Shown here: piece by piece, positions 47,033 to 59,152 of the stretch
How positions within the stretch are numbered: the first letter of the stretch is position 1
Layout: the number at the start of each line of letters is the position of its first letter
Assembly (NCBI GenBank): GCA_964187785.1
Contig: OZ076409.1
Coordinates: forward strand, 26,164,001 to 26,228,000
Direction: 5' to 3'
From: Amphiscolops sp. MND2022
Taxonomy: Eukaryota
DNA: 64,000 nucleotides
Translations under genes and position numbers: made by a program
Notes under the pieces: model-generated
The model's database searches: none
Told to the model about the DNA's origin: nothing
Seen by the model: the letters and a program-made list of their open reading frames with translations, nothing else

Positions 47033-50000
47033 AATTCGTTTCACCCCTAAGTTTTGGCTGAAAAACACTGCCTAATATGTTTATTTGGCGCGAATCCCCA
47101 CAAGCCAGGTAGATTCCAAAACATTCAAGTTCACTACATCAATTGTTCTCATTGTTTTTGAGGAACCTAGGAAAACTCGTCGAAAAGCAACTCGCCAAAA
47201 ATTCTGCGGCCGAAAACTCGTCGCAAGCAGATAAATTCAACACAGTCAAATATGGTGTTATTTTTGTGATCCTATTGTAATACCAACACAATTATCACAT
47301 GATAAACTACAAAAGTAAGAAATTTCGAACAGTTATACACCCAAAAAAGCTATATTATGAGTAAAAGTGAAAATTTCATGCGCCAAACTCCAGCAAACAA
47401 AGTTCAATGTTTTCGTAACTCACGAACCAGTCTCATTACTTGCTGTAGTAGCACCCAATTAGTGACATTTTGCCTGATAGTAGCATTGTCCTAGTAGATG
47501 TCCTAGAAGCGAATTGCTTAGTAGCAAGTGTCCGGACACTTATCCCACTGCTTCATACGGAATTGGAGAGATCGGCTTCCAGTAAATCCCCACAAAAATG
47601 AAGTATCACATAATCAACTCCGCGCTGGAACAACCGAGAAAAAAATCAATTGGCAACTGCTTGTCAACAAAAAAAACAAACAAACGCGATTCATGAAATC
47701 TGATTGCTTGAAACATATCCAATGGAGATATTCTCAACGATTTCGAAAACAAGACGCCCGCTGAGCACCGGGATACTTTCCGTTCCGGATAATTTTAGCT
47801 ACAGCGTTTTTAGGCTTTCAGATTTTTAAAGTTTACACAAAAAGCTCACAAAATTGATTTGTTTACCAGTTTACAGCTCATCTTAGGCTCTCAATGAGAA
47901 ATTCAAACGTCTCCTGAAAACTATCCTTTGAAAATAATTGTTTGCACACTGAGTTCACAAAGAAAAACAAAATTCTCCTAATGTAGCAATAAGTTAGCTT
48001 TTGGGCAATTTTGTCGTTCAGTTCTGTGAAGAAAACTCCATTTTCTTGATATAAAAATGAGATACGGAAAAAATAGGAAAATATGCTGCTTCTTCTTTTC
48101 TCATAAATAAAATATGTGCTGTAACTGAAAAATTTGAGGCTAACAAAACGCGAACGTGTCAAGTCGGCACTATATTTAAGGCTCAAAAAGCGCAAAGTAT
48201 TAAAAAAATATGCTCAGAACGTTTTTAGGAAAAACTCACAAAGTGCTCCGAAACACCCAAAGGGTGCCTTTCCTGCTCGAAAACGGCTTCAGAAGTTCTG
48301 ATATAGCGTGCTGGGCCACATGGAAGCGCTTTTTTTAACATCGGCCTCCTCTCTTCTGACATTCAATTTACTTCGGATTAAACGTCATAGTTTGGAAGGT
48401 ATTGAAAAAAAACATCCAGGAGGATATGTTTTGAGGAAATCTAATTTCAGACGGAAATTAGGAATTTTTAAGCAGTCTCTTAGTGCCGAAACAAAAACAA
48501 AAGAGAGTGCCCCAGGCAGCCGCCTGTGATGGGAAAATAAATTCAGTTTTGATTACAAATCAGTGAGCTCTACCAGGAACCATCGTGCTAATTTACAATA
48601 ACAAAGTTTGAACAGTAGTTTTGTTCTCTTTTTCTCCGCTGTTGTTTAGTTTCTTATTTTCGGCCGTCGCAAATTTATTTGTGTATGGGGGAGGAAAATC
48701 ATAATCTGTGTTGCATTTTTTTCTTCCAAATTTTTCCCAAATCTCCACTTTTCCTCTTTCGATTCAATATCCTGGTGCTTAGAAAAAGAGCTAACATTTG
48801 TCCCAGCACGCTTTATTCCAACTTTTTACGCTACATACGAAGAAAATTATGTGTTTTACTAAGGAGCAAGCGTAGGTTCGAAAATATTGCGCTATCCGAA
48901 TTTCGACGTTATATCCGAAATAAATTGCGTTCTACCGAGAAGGATGTAATTTTTCAATTGAGCGTCTATTGTTAGTCAATTGAAGGCGGAAATTATCCCG
49001 GTGCATAACGGGCGTGTTGTATTTCATAGACTGTAAACGTTTGCATGTAGTTTACCGGGAATTTTTTGGCACCAACAGAAGTACTAACAAGCAGGAAGGA
49101 AATGCGTTTGAATGCTTGCCTGTCCAGTACAGTTAACGTGATCTACTAGGAACTAATCGAGTACGGCCATACGTCTTAGCGGCAATTTAATTTTCATAAA
49201 GACAAAAAGATTCCCCTTTTACATTTTACGGCACTGAGCAACTGTTCAAAAATCTAATTTTTAAAAAATTTTCGAAAACCTCCAAAGGGTCCGCCCTTCA
49301 ATTTTTGTCATATTTTGCAACCAACTGGAGTTTCAAAAAGCCCAAAGGGTCCCCCTTTTTACAAATTTGAACCTTACATATAGCGCCGACTTTGACCGTT
49401 CCCGGGTTGCTGTAGGTGGTCATTTCATTCTTAGAATTGGACTGAAGGTACACTAATTGAAGATATTGTTAGTTAATTATACTTCTCCCAATTATGTAAA
49501 TCAAACGTTACCTATTTGCAAAGCCAAACGTTACTTCCGTTAAAATAAAGCAGTAAACAACTGAATATTCCTTCCCGAACAAGTCGTTCACCTGCCGACA
49601 ACTAGAGAACAAAAAGTCCGAAAGAGACGCTCTGGGAAATGGATAATTGTCTGACTATGAGAACCTGGGAATCATGCTCGACGAAAATAATTCAAACTCT
49701 AGAGAGAGAGAACTGAAAACGCAACAATACGCAATTCTACAAGTCAAGGTGACACTGAGGCCATACCTAGGCATAGAAAACGAGAGAGATGCATTGGCAG
49801 TGAAGACAAAAGTTCATGATCTTCTAGACTCTTAGAGTCCATGGGAATATTGTCTGGGGAAATGAACTCAAGATTTTCCCGAAAGATGGACTCACTAATG
49901 AGTGTGATACAGTCGCAAATAATTAGAGCAATCAGTTTTGCAATCAATGACAGTGTCATCCAGAGATAAAAACATAGTAGGGATTTTGCCTTTGAGAGAG

Positions 50001-51088
50001 AGAGAGAGAGAGAGAGAAAGATAGACAGAGCGTAACCTAACTTTGTGCTTTTTTATCATCCAGTTGGGTTCACAAAATCAAAACAACTGAAAAAGGGATC
50101 AAAAAAATTTGGTGGAAAATCTCCCTCAATGTCGGAATAAACAGTAAAATCAAACCTTCTGAGTTGTCCAGTAACAAAAAGCTTTCAAAATTATGGTGCC
50201 CAAAAGTGTCACAATTTCGAAGCATCCGAGATTGCTTTATATTAAGATAGGAAGGCCTTGAGAAATCTGTGAAAAGTGGTCTTTTCAGGGTGAGGTTGGT
50301 GATCTGAACAAAAAAGGTCACTGTAAGATTCGGGCATGTTTTGCTTCACAAAAAGAACCGACTAAAAGTCATCTTTGAAAAGTGGAAATTAACCGTAAAA
50401 TCGACTCGATTTATGTGATTGGTAAATCTTGACTTCTTCCAAAATTTCAATGCGTTGAATTTGAAGCACGATTGAAATTGTGATTGTAGACGCTATATAA
50501 CTATCCCTAAGCGGATTATACGATGCAAAGGAGCCGAAGACACGGTTTCCGGTGCCGATCAGCAACGTTACTAATGTTAGAGTTCTTATCCTTAGCTATT
50601 CGGAGTTTAGAAAACTTTGTTTGAACTCAAAACTGTTTTCAGACGGAGCGTGACAAGACGGTATTTGAGGCTGTATATTCTCACCTGCAGATTTCCCTTG
50701 ACATGTTTCACAGTCAATTTTTGAGCTAATTTTTGTGAATAATTCAGTTTTTGTGTTTTTAGAGGTTTTAGTAGAGGATTGAAACCCATGGAGGTACAAC
50801 AATTGTGAACACGGTATAGAAGAACGGTTATAGCAACTAACCACAGCATCATATCATCAAATCATTGCAAAAGACGACGCAAATACTCTGAGTCAAAACC
50901 AAGCTTGAAAGAGTGGGAAAAAGAGAAAAGAGTGCAAAAACAATCACAAAAAAGTGAACATTAAGACAGAAAATTGAGTAATGTTGCTTGGATGTTTTGA
51001 ACACTACATTACTTGAGATATTATCATTCGTTTCATGAATTAGAAGTACAAGTTTTTAAGCAATCTGGTGAATGTAGATTCTTCAAAA
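47033..51088. repeat. Direct tandem duplication, copy 2
   Basis: Identical ORF translations (e.g. 43831/47878, 44632/48679, 46542/50596). Junction ...CTTCAA|AATTCGTTTCACC with AA microhomology. Confidence 0.97.
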
Positions 51089-52684
51089 CTTATTATTTTT
51101 TTATGAGATCGAGAACATCTTGAATATTATACCAGAATCTCCATTCAAACCTGGTTCGCAACTGGCGTCGCGAACACGAATGTAGAACTGAAGAGTTTCC
51201 GTTTCTCAACAAAAGCAGTTTCAGTAGATTATGTCACGTACACTTACTTCTTCCTCCTTACTGCTATTTGAACCAGGGAAAACTCGAAAGAACGAAACTT
51301 TCGGATATCAAAGCACAGTGCTTCAGTTTCTGCAGTGCTTTAGTTTCTGACAAAAGAATTTTAAAAATACTTTCGGTTCGTTGCTACGTAATGACCTAGT
51401 GTTTATTGGCAACCAATAAATATTTCCAGCTGTACGCGTTCAGAAAGTGTCCGCATTTGTTTGAACGTTTTCCACATAGAAGACTTATTCGGAGGTTATC
51501 TCCTCTCCAATTTTTCCGTCCTGTTTGGTTAGTTTTTTTTTAAAATTCCTTTTCAATTTTGAATAACTTGTGTAACATCCGATATTATCGAAAGCTAGAA
51601 ATCTCAAAGGACCTACAAAACAAATTCATTTTTGGATTCGCATACCGTTAAAACAAAATGATTTTTTTGAAGAAAACTTACCTTGTAATGATGGTATCAC
51701 TTGGTTGGCTTTGAAGACAAGAAACTTATTCACCCACGCGTGAAATCTCCCGAATATTTAGCTGATGCGCATTTCATAGCCATCACAATTATTCCTTTTC
51801 TTGTAACATTTGAAGTTGATTTTATATCTATGCAAATTTTGGGCTCTACTGAAGTGGTGGTCTCAGCTGAAAACCCTTTACAAATGAATGTCACTTTTTA
51901 AAATGTGAATATAAAATATTCCTACCCTTTTTTTCTTGCTTCATGATGTTATGAAACAAAATGGCCTCCTGTCAAAACGTAGTTTCTCTGTAACGATGAT
52001 TAGTAAATATATCTAATTGCAGATAGAATTCAACATCTAGAAAAGAATCTAGGCAAAGGGTCGATTTTGGTAAGTTTCTTAAATTAGAAAGAAGACTTTC
52101 AAAATCTTAGTTTTACTAGATCGTCAATAATTTAAGAAATGCCCATTTTACAATGTTTTTTTTTTCAAAATTGATCACTGGAAAATTAACTAGAAAAATT
52201 CTTTCTTTAAGAGGCGCTGAAATAACTCGTTTGCTTATTGATTTACGCCGTCACATGAATAAAGAATTCATTATTCTACGTTAAATAATTTGCAGTTAAA
52301 TAACGTGCAGTTTTCCACTTATCAAGAAATCCGAGAAATCCTTAAAAATTGCATTCAGCTAGTCTGTGATCAGGGGCGTTCGTATGGAACCAATTGTGTT
52401 TATAAAAAATTTCAGCGGAAAAATGGAAAAATATCAAGTATAAAATCAGGGAAACTTTCCAAAAGTGTCTGGAAGCGAACTTGTTGAATCAGATTTATAA
52501 CGTTATGATTATATAAAACAAAATTTGGTACTAATTGAAATATCGTCTTCTTTAGAACAATAGTATACTAATACAGTATACTAATTTCAGTTCACCGTTT
52601 CTCTATTTTAGTATTGCTCAAGACCATTACTTCTACCAAAATAAATGAAAGTTAAGGCGTTTTTGCATTTTCATCAATGATCAT

Positions 52685-52937
52685 TGTTCTATTTCTGCTT
52701 TGTTGAGATATAATAAAACAATGTCAGTACTGATTTCTATTTTCTAATGCCAAACTGTATCGTAAATTTACGTTAACAACAATGGTTCCTTACGAAACTA
52801 ATCTAGTGTACATATGTATACAAATATGTATAAACAGAAAGAGGAACAATTATAGTTTGTTGGTATATGTTCATTTTCAGTTTGATTGGCACTTCATTGA
52901 ACCGAATAATTCGGACGCGGTATATCACCGTATAACA
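52685..52937 (-). repeat. 3' LTR of the gypsy element
   Basis: Reads identical by eye to 58297-58549. Confidence 0.95.
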
Positions 52938-52949
52938 TTCCCCCCTTCT
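52938..52949 (-). promoter_or_regulatory. Polypurine tract AGAAGGGGGGAA
   Basis: Directly precedes the 3' LTR on the minus strand. Confidence 0.9.
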
Positions 52950-52999
52950 GGGCTTCTCTTTCACATCTTGGAAGTTCCCGGCATTGGGCTCAGCTCTCT

Positions 53000-55900
53000 T
53001 TGGAAATCTGCTGGTTTCGGTAGTACTGGTTCTGAACTACTTTGGTTATTTCCTGAAACAGATCATTTTTTATAACCAAAAGTTTTTTGTATATCGTACT
53101 CCCCCGTACAAATTCGGTTGACTACATTTTCGGCTTGACCTTCTAACAGGTGATTTTTCGGTTTCTAGAAATTTATTTTCATTCTCACCGGTAGGCATCT
53201 CACCGTCTCAATTCGTCTTCGGGATTTGTGTTGATCGGCTTGTACCCGTTTCTTTCGGACGTATCCGGATTTTCCATCTCGAAATCGCTTTCCTCGTCAA
53301 TTTCACCCTCCTCGCTTTCTGATTCCGATTCGTATTTATGTGTCCGGTTTTGTATGATTTTCAATTTTCCATTCAGTATATCGCGGAGTATTTCATTCCA
53401 CTGAATGTATTTCCCGTCGACGCCTCGGAGACAGTGTCGATTCTTCGGTGTAATTTTGTCTCCGATTTGCGGTGCCCGTTCTTTCTTCTTTTCGGTCTGA
53501 AATACAATTGGTCCCGAAATGTGTTTTCAGTGAATTATTCTTCCACTTTCGGTGGTTACGGTATGTTCGGTTCCGCTTACCGCGGTTTGAATTTTCTTTT
53601 GAAATTTTCCTTCTAGTGATTTTCTATTGTAGTTTTTTTCTACAAATTTAAAGGGATATTCACTAACCGAATGTTTCTTTTTCGGTTGTTTGTCCACCGC
53701 CTTTTCCTCGGCTTTGGTTTTTGTTATGACCAGGTAATTTGTTACATCCCCCTCTTCATCCCTCGAAACATAGGTTGGGATTTTTGGCTTTCTTTCAGCT
53801 GAAACAGATAGTTCCGTCCAATCAGAGAGAATTGATTTACCGTCTTTAACCAGATTGGTTAATTCGGTTCGCAGCTTTCTACCGTGGTGTAGTTCGAATG
53901 GCGTTAATTTTAATCCGGTGTGTATTGTAAATCGCATTACTTTTAATGCTCTGTTTACACATTCGGTCAGGCATAAATTGTCTTCTAAATTAGCCACTAT
54001 TAAGTTCTTCATGGTTTGTATAGCGCGTTCTACTGCTCCCGTACCGGTATGTATTCTCGGTGTGCTGTATTCTATTTCAATGTTTTTCGATTTACAGAAT
54101 TCAATGTAGTCTTTTGGAATAAATGCTCCGCTTTTATCCGATTTAATTTTTCCGGTATTCCGTACAAGTTAAAGTTTTGTTTTAGGAAGTTAATTACTTC
54201 TTTTGTTTCGGATGTTTTGCAAATTTTTACGGTCGGCCATTTACTAAATCTATCTACCGCAATTAGTAGCTGGTTCTCCCCGTTCAATTTTTTGTTTGTG
54301 TATTTTTCCGGTAAAATCGATTTGAATTTCTTGTCCCGGTTCGGTAAGTGTTTTTAATTTTCCGCTATCGTTTTTCGGCAATTGATATTTTAAATTCTTA
54401 CCGGGTGATAAGCAGGCTACACAATTTTTGACTTTTTCTGCGATGTCTTTGGTGATGTTTGGCCACCAAAAGATTTTTGCTTCTGCAGCCATTTTGGTGG
54501 TTCCCGCATGTCCAAAGTGTAAGGTATTCAATAGCTTCTTTCGGAGTTCGGTTGGTACAATTATTTTGTCGTTTATGAAAGGTAGTCCCCATCTTGTTGA
54601 GATGTTTTCGAATTGTTGTCGATAATGTTCGGGTGCCATGCTGCGGTCTTCTCTTGTTAATGCTAGTTTTACCCGGTTTAGTTCGGCGTCCGTTGCCGAT
54701 TTTGCAATTAAGCTTTTCAGGTCCAGCATGAAATCCCTTTCCGCTTTCTTAGTTGTTTCTTCGGTGACTTTCTTTCTTTCGGTGACCACTCCGATTATTT
54801 GATTGATTTGCACGTAGTGTGCCTCTTTTCCTTCCGTGTTGTAGTTCTTTAGATCAACAATTGGTATGTTGTCCCCGCGTATGATTTGGCATTCTCCTTC
54901 ACTCTCCGGGTCATTTGATTGTTCTTCCGGCAATTGTTCTTCCATCGGGATTTGTTCCTGTTCTTCTCTAATTGTTTGTAGGGGTTGGTATCCTCCTCCC
55001 AACCTGTTTGCCCGTTGTATCAATTGTCCATCTATTTCAGCGATTTCTTCCCTACTTCTTTTGTTCGGTCGGGATGGGACAAAGATTGTTCGTTGGTCAT
55101 TCTGGTCATATCTTTTTCTCATTGTGCCGGGTCTAGCGATCTCTAGCCTTCTCTCCACTAATCTTCGGGTTTCCGGACTCTTTTCTCTCCTTTGTATAAT
55201 TTGCATGATTTCGGCAGTTGCGCCCCAATGAAAGTAATCGCGGTCCATTTCTTTTTCAATTGATGCTGTTGCTGGTTTCAAATGATTATGTAATGGTAAA
55301 GTTTCTTAACGTTTGAATTCTATCGCGTCGCTATTTGGACTGGTTTCCGTTCGTTCGTTTGTTTTGTTCACGTGTCGGTTTTTCTCGAATGTTCTATTCA
55401 TTTCTGATTGGCCGCTCAATTCACAGTCGTGTGTAATTTTTGCGTTCGGTGCGTGCTGTAATTGGTTTGTGAAAACTCTTCCGTATTTCAGATTCAATTC
55501 GGCTTGTTCCGTGAGAGTATTTATTACGTATTGTTCATCGTATGTGTTTTCCGTCGTGGCGCCCTCTACCGGATTGCGCCTTAAATAGTCCGTGAATTTC
55601 AAGTTGTTTCCGGCTATATGTTGTATTGAGATATCAAAATGTGCTAGCCGGTCTAACCATCTGGTTAGTCTTGCGCTGTATTGTTTGTTACATCTATTTC
55701 GTTTAATTAGGGGTTCTAATGCTTGATGATCGGTGTATAAAAACACCTTTTTCCCGTATAAGTAAAAACGGAATTTTTCTAATCCCCATACAACTGCTAA
55801 TAATTCAAGTTCTCCAATCGAAGAATTCTTTTCGCTGTCATTAAGGAATCTATTACCGAACGCTATCGGTTTTAATTCTCCATCTGCTTGTTTTTGCCAT

Positions 55901-58250
55901 AATGTTATTCCGAGACCTGTTTTGCTTGCGTCGGTTGATACAATGTTGTCTTTGTCTTTTGCGTAGTGTGCTAATGCCGGTTCTTCGGTGAGCATTTTTT
56001 TGATCATTTCGAAATCATTTTGTTGTTCCGTTTCCCATTTCCATTCTGTATTTTTCTTCAGTAGTTTTCGTAATTTGTCGGTTCTTTCTGACAGCCTCGG
56101 TAGGAATTTTGCTAGGTACTGTATTGCACCGAGAAACGATTTTAATTGCTTCGGGTTTTCCGGGTGTTTCAAATCCAGTATGGCTTTGACTTTTTCTTTG
56201 TTTGGTTTTATTCCTTCTTCGTCTATTTCATGTCCGAGCCATTCCATTTTGTTTTGAAAGAATTCGGATTTCTTCTCACTTGCTCTATAACCGGCATCTT
56301 CCAATTTCTTCAGTACATCGAACAGTTTCTTTTCGTGATCTTTTCGGTCTCCCCGTGTTACTACTATAATATCGTCTAACCATGCGGGTGTACCATATTC
56401 CAGTGTTCGATCAATTTTTTTCTGAAAAATTGTGGGTATGTCGGCTAATCCGTAGAATCCTTTTTCAAATCGGTAGTAGCCGCTAAAATTTCCCCCGGTA
56501 ATTGCAAATACACATTGTCTGCTTGTTTCTTCCGATAACAGCATTTGACCGTATGCATAATCAAGATCTATTTTTGACATCATTAATTCTTTCGTTCGGT
56601 CTTTTGTTATCTCCACCGAAATTTCGTTCAGCAGTTCTTCCATGTTCGGCATGTGAGGTCGGACTTTGATGCAACTGTCATTCAGTTTTCGTGAATCGAG
56701 GGCTATTTTTACCGATCTATCGTTTTTCACAGTTATCACTACCGGTGACACAAAACAGTCTTCATCTACTTGTTTTACTCTTTCCAAGTGTCCGGATTTC
56801 GTTAATTTTTCAATTTCTTTACCGACTGCTTCTTGTAGATGAAGAGGGATCGGTCTTGCTTTTTGTTTTACCGGATACTGTCCCGGTTTCAATTGTATAT
56901 TTATTTCAGCATCTTTTATGGTTGTGTTATTCTTGAACAAGTCCGGAAATTTCTCTACGATCTGTCTCTTTTCTGGTTGGTTGTTATCGTCCAATCGGAT
57001 GTTGCCGATTGTTAATTTGAATTTCTTTAACCAGTCCATTCCAAGTAGTGGTGTTATGTCATTTCATTCGGTAATTAATAGTTGCATCTTTTGTTTGCTG
57101 TTCTCATATTCGATGTCTACCGGTATCTTTCCCCGGAATTTTACTTCGTTCTTGTTTACATCTTGGTACCGGTGTCTCACTTTTTGGATTTCGGTATCTT
57201 TCACTATTGTTTTATCCGCCGGCATTATCGATATTGGTGATCCGGTGTCTATTATAAATTTTTTCTCCGTTCCGTTGATTTTCACTGTCGTTGTTGAATA
57301 TTTGTTTTTGTGCACGATTCTGTTTATTCTTTCAATTCTGTAGATACTCGATTCTGATTCGTCCCTTTCTTCATCAATTGTTGAGGCTTCGTTCTCGATT
57401 ACGTTCCGTATTTTGCGTTTGTGATAATCTTTTTGTCTGCATGCCCGGGCGAAGTGGCCCTTCTTTCCGCAATTATTGCATGTCTGATCTAATGCTGGGC
57501 ATTTGTGTGATTGGTTCCAGTTCGGTGCATTGCAGAATCTACATTGTCTGTTATTGTTGAATTTATTTCTCGGTCGTGTGTTAAATTTGTCCATTCTCTG
57601 TATCGGTTCTTCTTTAATCTCTTTTTCTCGGTTCGATATTAGTGCTTCCGGTATTGTGTTTTTTTGTTTTTCTCGTATGTGTTTTGCTTGATCATTTCTA
57701 TCGCTTTTTTCATCTCGAGTTTCTTTTCTTTCATTAATTTGTCTCGGAGTTTCTTGTCCGTAATTGCGGTCATAAATTTGGAAATGAGTAATTCTTCGGC
57801 TGTTATGCTTTCGAAGTTGCATTCTTTTTCGATTTCTATCAGTCTTCGCCAGAAGTCTTCTGGTGTTTCGGATTCTGTTTGTTTAGTCCAGAAAAATTCT
57901 CCCCGGTTGTGATATGTATTTCTTTTCGGTAAGAAATACTCGTTGAATAGCCGAATTAATTCTTTGATTGCGATTTTGTCCGGTTCTGTCTTGTACTCTG
58001 CTCTTGTCGTTTGGTATAGAGCTTCTGGGCCAATACCCCACATGAAATCGTCTTGTACTTGGTTTTCTTTTGTGGCCCAGTCTGCTTGCGTCATGTCTTC
58101 TCCTCGGATCAATTCCGCAATGTCCGTTTTGTATTTCCGTTTTGTGTATTGCCGGAATCGTTCAAGCCATTGTTTCGGTCTGAATATCTTCTTTCCGTCT
58201 GTTGTTGCTTCGAAGTTTGGCACCTCAATTTGTGTTGCTTCTTGTGTCAT
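53000..58250 (-). pseudogene. Disrupted gag-pol of the gypsy element (3' end approximate)
   Basis: Gag zinc knuckles (CNNCGKKGHFARAC), protease IDTGS, RT (IDLDYAYGQ, WLDDII), RNase H (TDASKTG, ELELLAV, TDHQAL), integrase HHCC (HFGH..CVAC) and core (IDFTG, VDRFS). In-frame stops at 57064 and 55306; frameshifts near 57660, 54300 and 54150. Confidence 0.93.
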
Positions 58251-58283
58251 TGTTTCTTTGTTTCGATAAAATCAAATTAGGAA

Positions 58284-58296
58284 GCTGACTGCGCCA
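58284..58296 (-). promoter_or_regulatory. Primer-binding site TGGCGCAGTCAGC, probably tRNA-Ser
   Basis: Starts TGG immediately after the 5' LTR. Complementary to a ...GCUGACUGCGCCA 3' end resembling Ser tRNAs (assignment from memory). Confidence 0.75.
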
Positions 58297-58549
58297 TGTT
58301 CTATTTCTGCTTTGTTGAGATATAATAAAACAATGTCAGTACTGATTTCTATTTTCTAATGCCAAACTGTATCGTAAATTTACGTTAACAACAATGGTTC
58401 CTTACGAAACTAATCTAGTGTACATATGTATACAAATATGTATAAACAGAAAGAGGAACAATTATAGTTTGTTGGTATATGTTCATTTTCAGTTTGATTG
58501 GCACTTCATTGAACCGAATAATTCGGACGCGGTATATCACCGTATAACA
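58297..58549 (-). repeat. 5' LTR of the gypsy element
   Basis: TGT...ACA, 253 bp, flanked by the PBS and the TSD. Confidence 0.95.
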
Positions 58550-58564
58550 ATCATGATCATTGAT

Positions 58565-58735
58565 AAACTCTTGGAACTCTTGATATGAATCTTGGATATT
58601 CCTGGATCTCTGCAAACTCACGAATTTGCAAGAACTTGCAAGATGGTGCCAAGAATTTTAAGAGTTATCAGGAGTTTGAAGAAATTTAATGGATGCAGGA
58701 ATATCCAAGAGTCTTATCCAGAGTTCCAAGAGTTT
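58565..58735. repeat. Foldback inverted repeat, 44-bp arms with 4 mismatches
   Basis: 58565-58608 AAACTCTTGGAACTCTTGATATGAATCTTGGATATTCCTGGATC versus the reverse complement of 58692-58735. Confidence 0.85.
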
Positions 58736-59152
58736 TTACACTTGGATGGATAAGAATGCATGAACGGGTGGGTATTTTAGGTTGGTTATCCATAAAAACG
58801 AAAATCCACGAATCTCAAAATCTTCGTTTTCACTCATTTTGGCTTCCTGTCTCTTGAAACAAAGGAGAAGGAAGATTGGAAAACGACGGACTTGTCAGCC
58901 CTTTAAGAGCAAACATCGCAGAACTGGAACTACTGAGGGTTCTCATACTACTTTTGAGGTATGAGGATCTTTGCTGCTGGTGTGACATCAACGAGATACA
59001 CGTAAGAGGGTCCACTAACGTAAGTAGTTGTTTGAAGAGGCAGCTGTCAAGGACAAACCTCATTGAGAGAAATAATATAGTATAGTACAATAAGAGCTGG
59101 TGTGTGGAGAACAATCGAGCCCATCAAAGTTCTACATTTCTCTATAAAGAGT

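Larger units (their letters stand above)
52685..58549 (-). mobile_element. Full-length Ty3/gypsy LTR retrotransposon (5,865 bp), no env
   Basis: Two 253-bp TGT...ACA LTRs, 5-bp TSD ATCAT (52680-84 and 58550-54), PBS, PPT, and domain order gag-PR-RT-RH-IN. Confidence 0.97.

Noticed and set aside
43831-50852. Paired ORFs inside the tandem duplication
   Set aside because: Short, Phe/Leu/Lys-rich compositional ORFs over repeat DNA with no domain; they are identical only because of the duplication.
58782-59085. Exon-like + strand segment with an AAC|GTAAGT donor
   Set aside because: No convincing acceptor, partner exon or recognisable protein.
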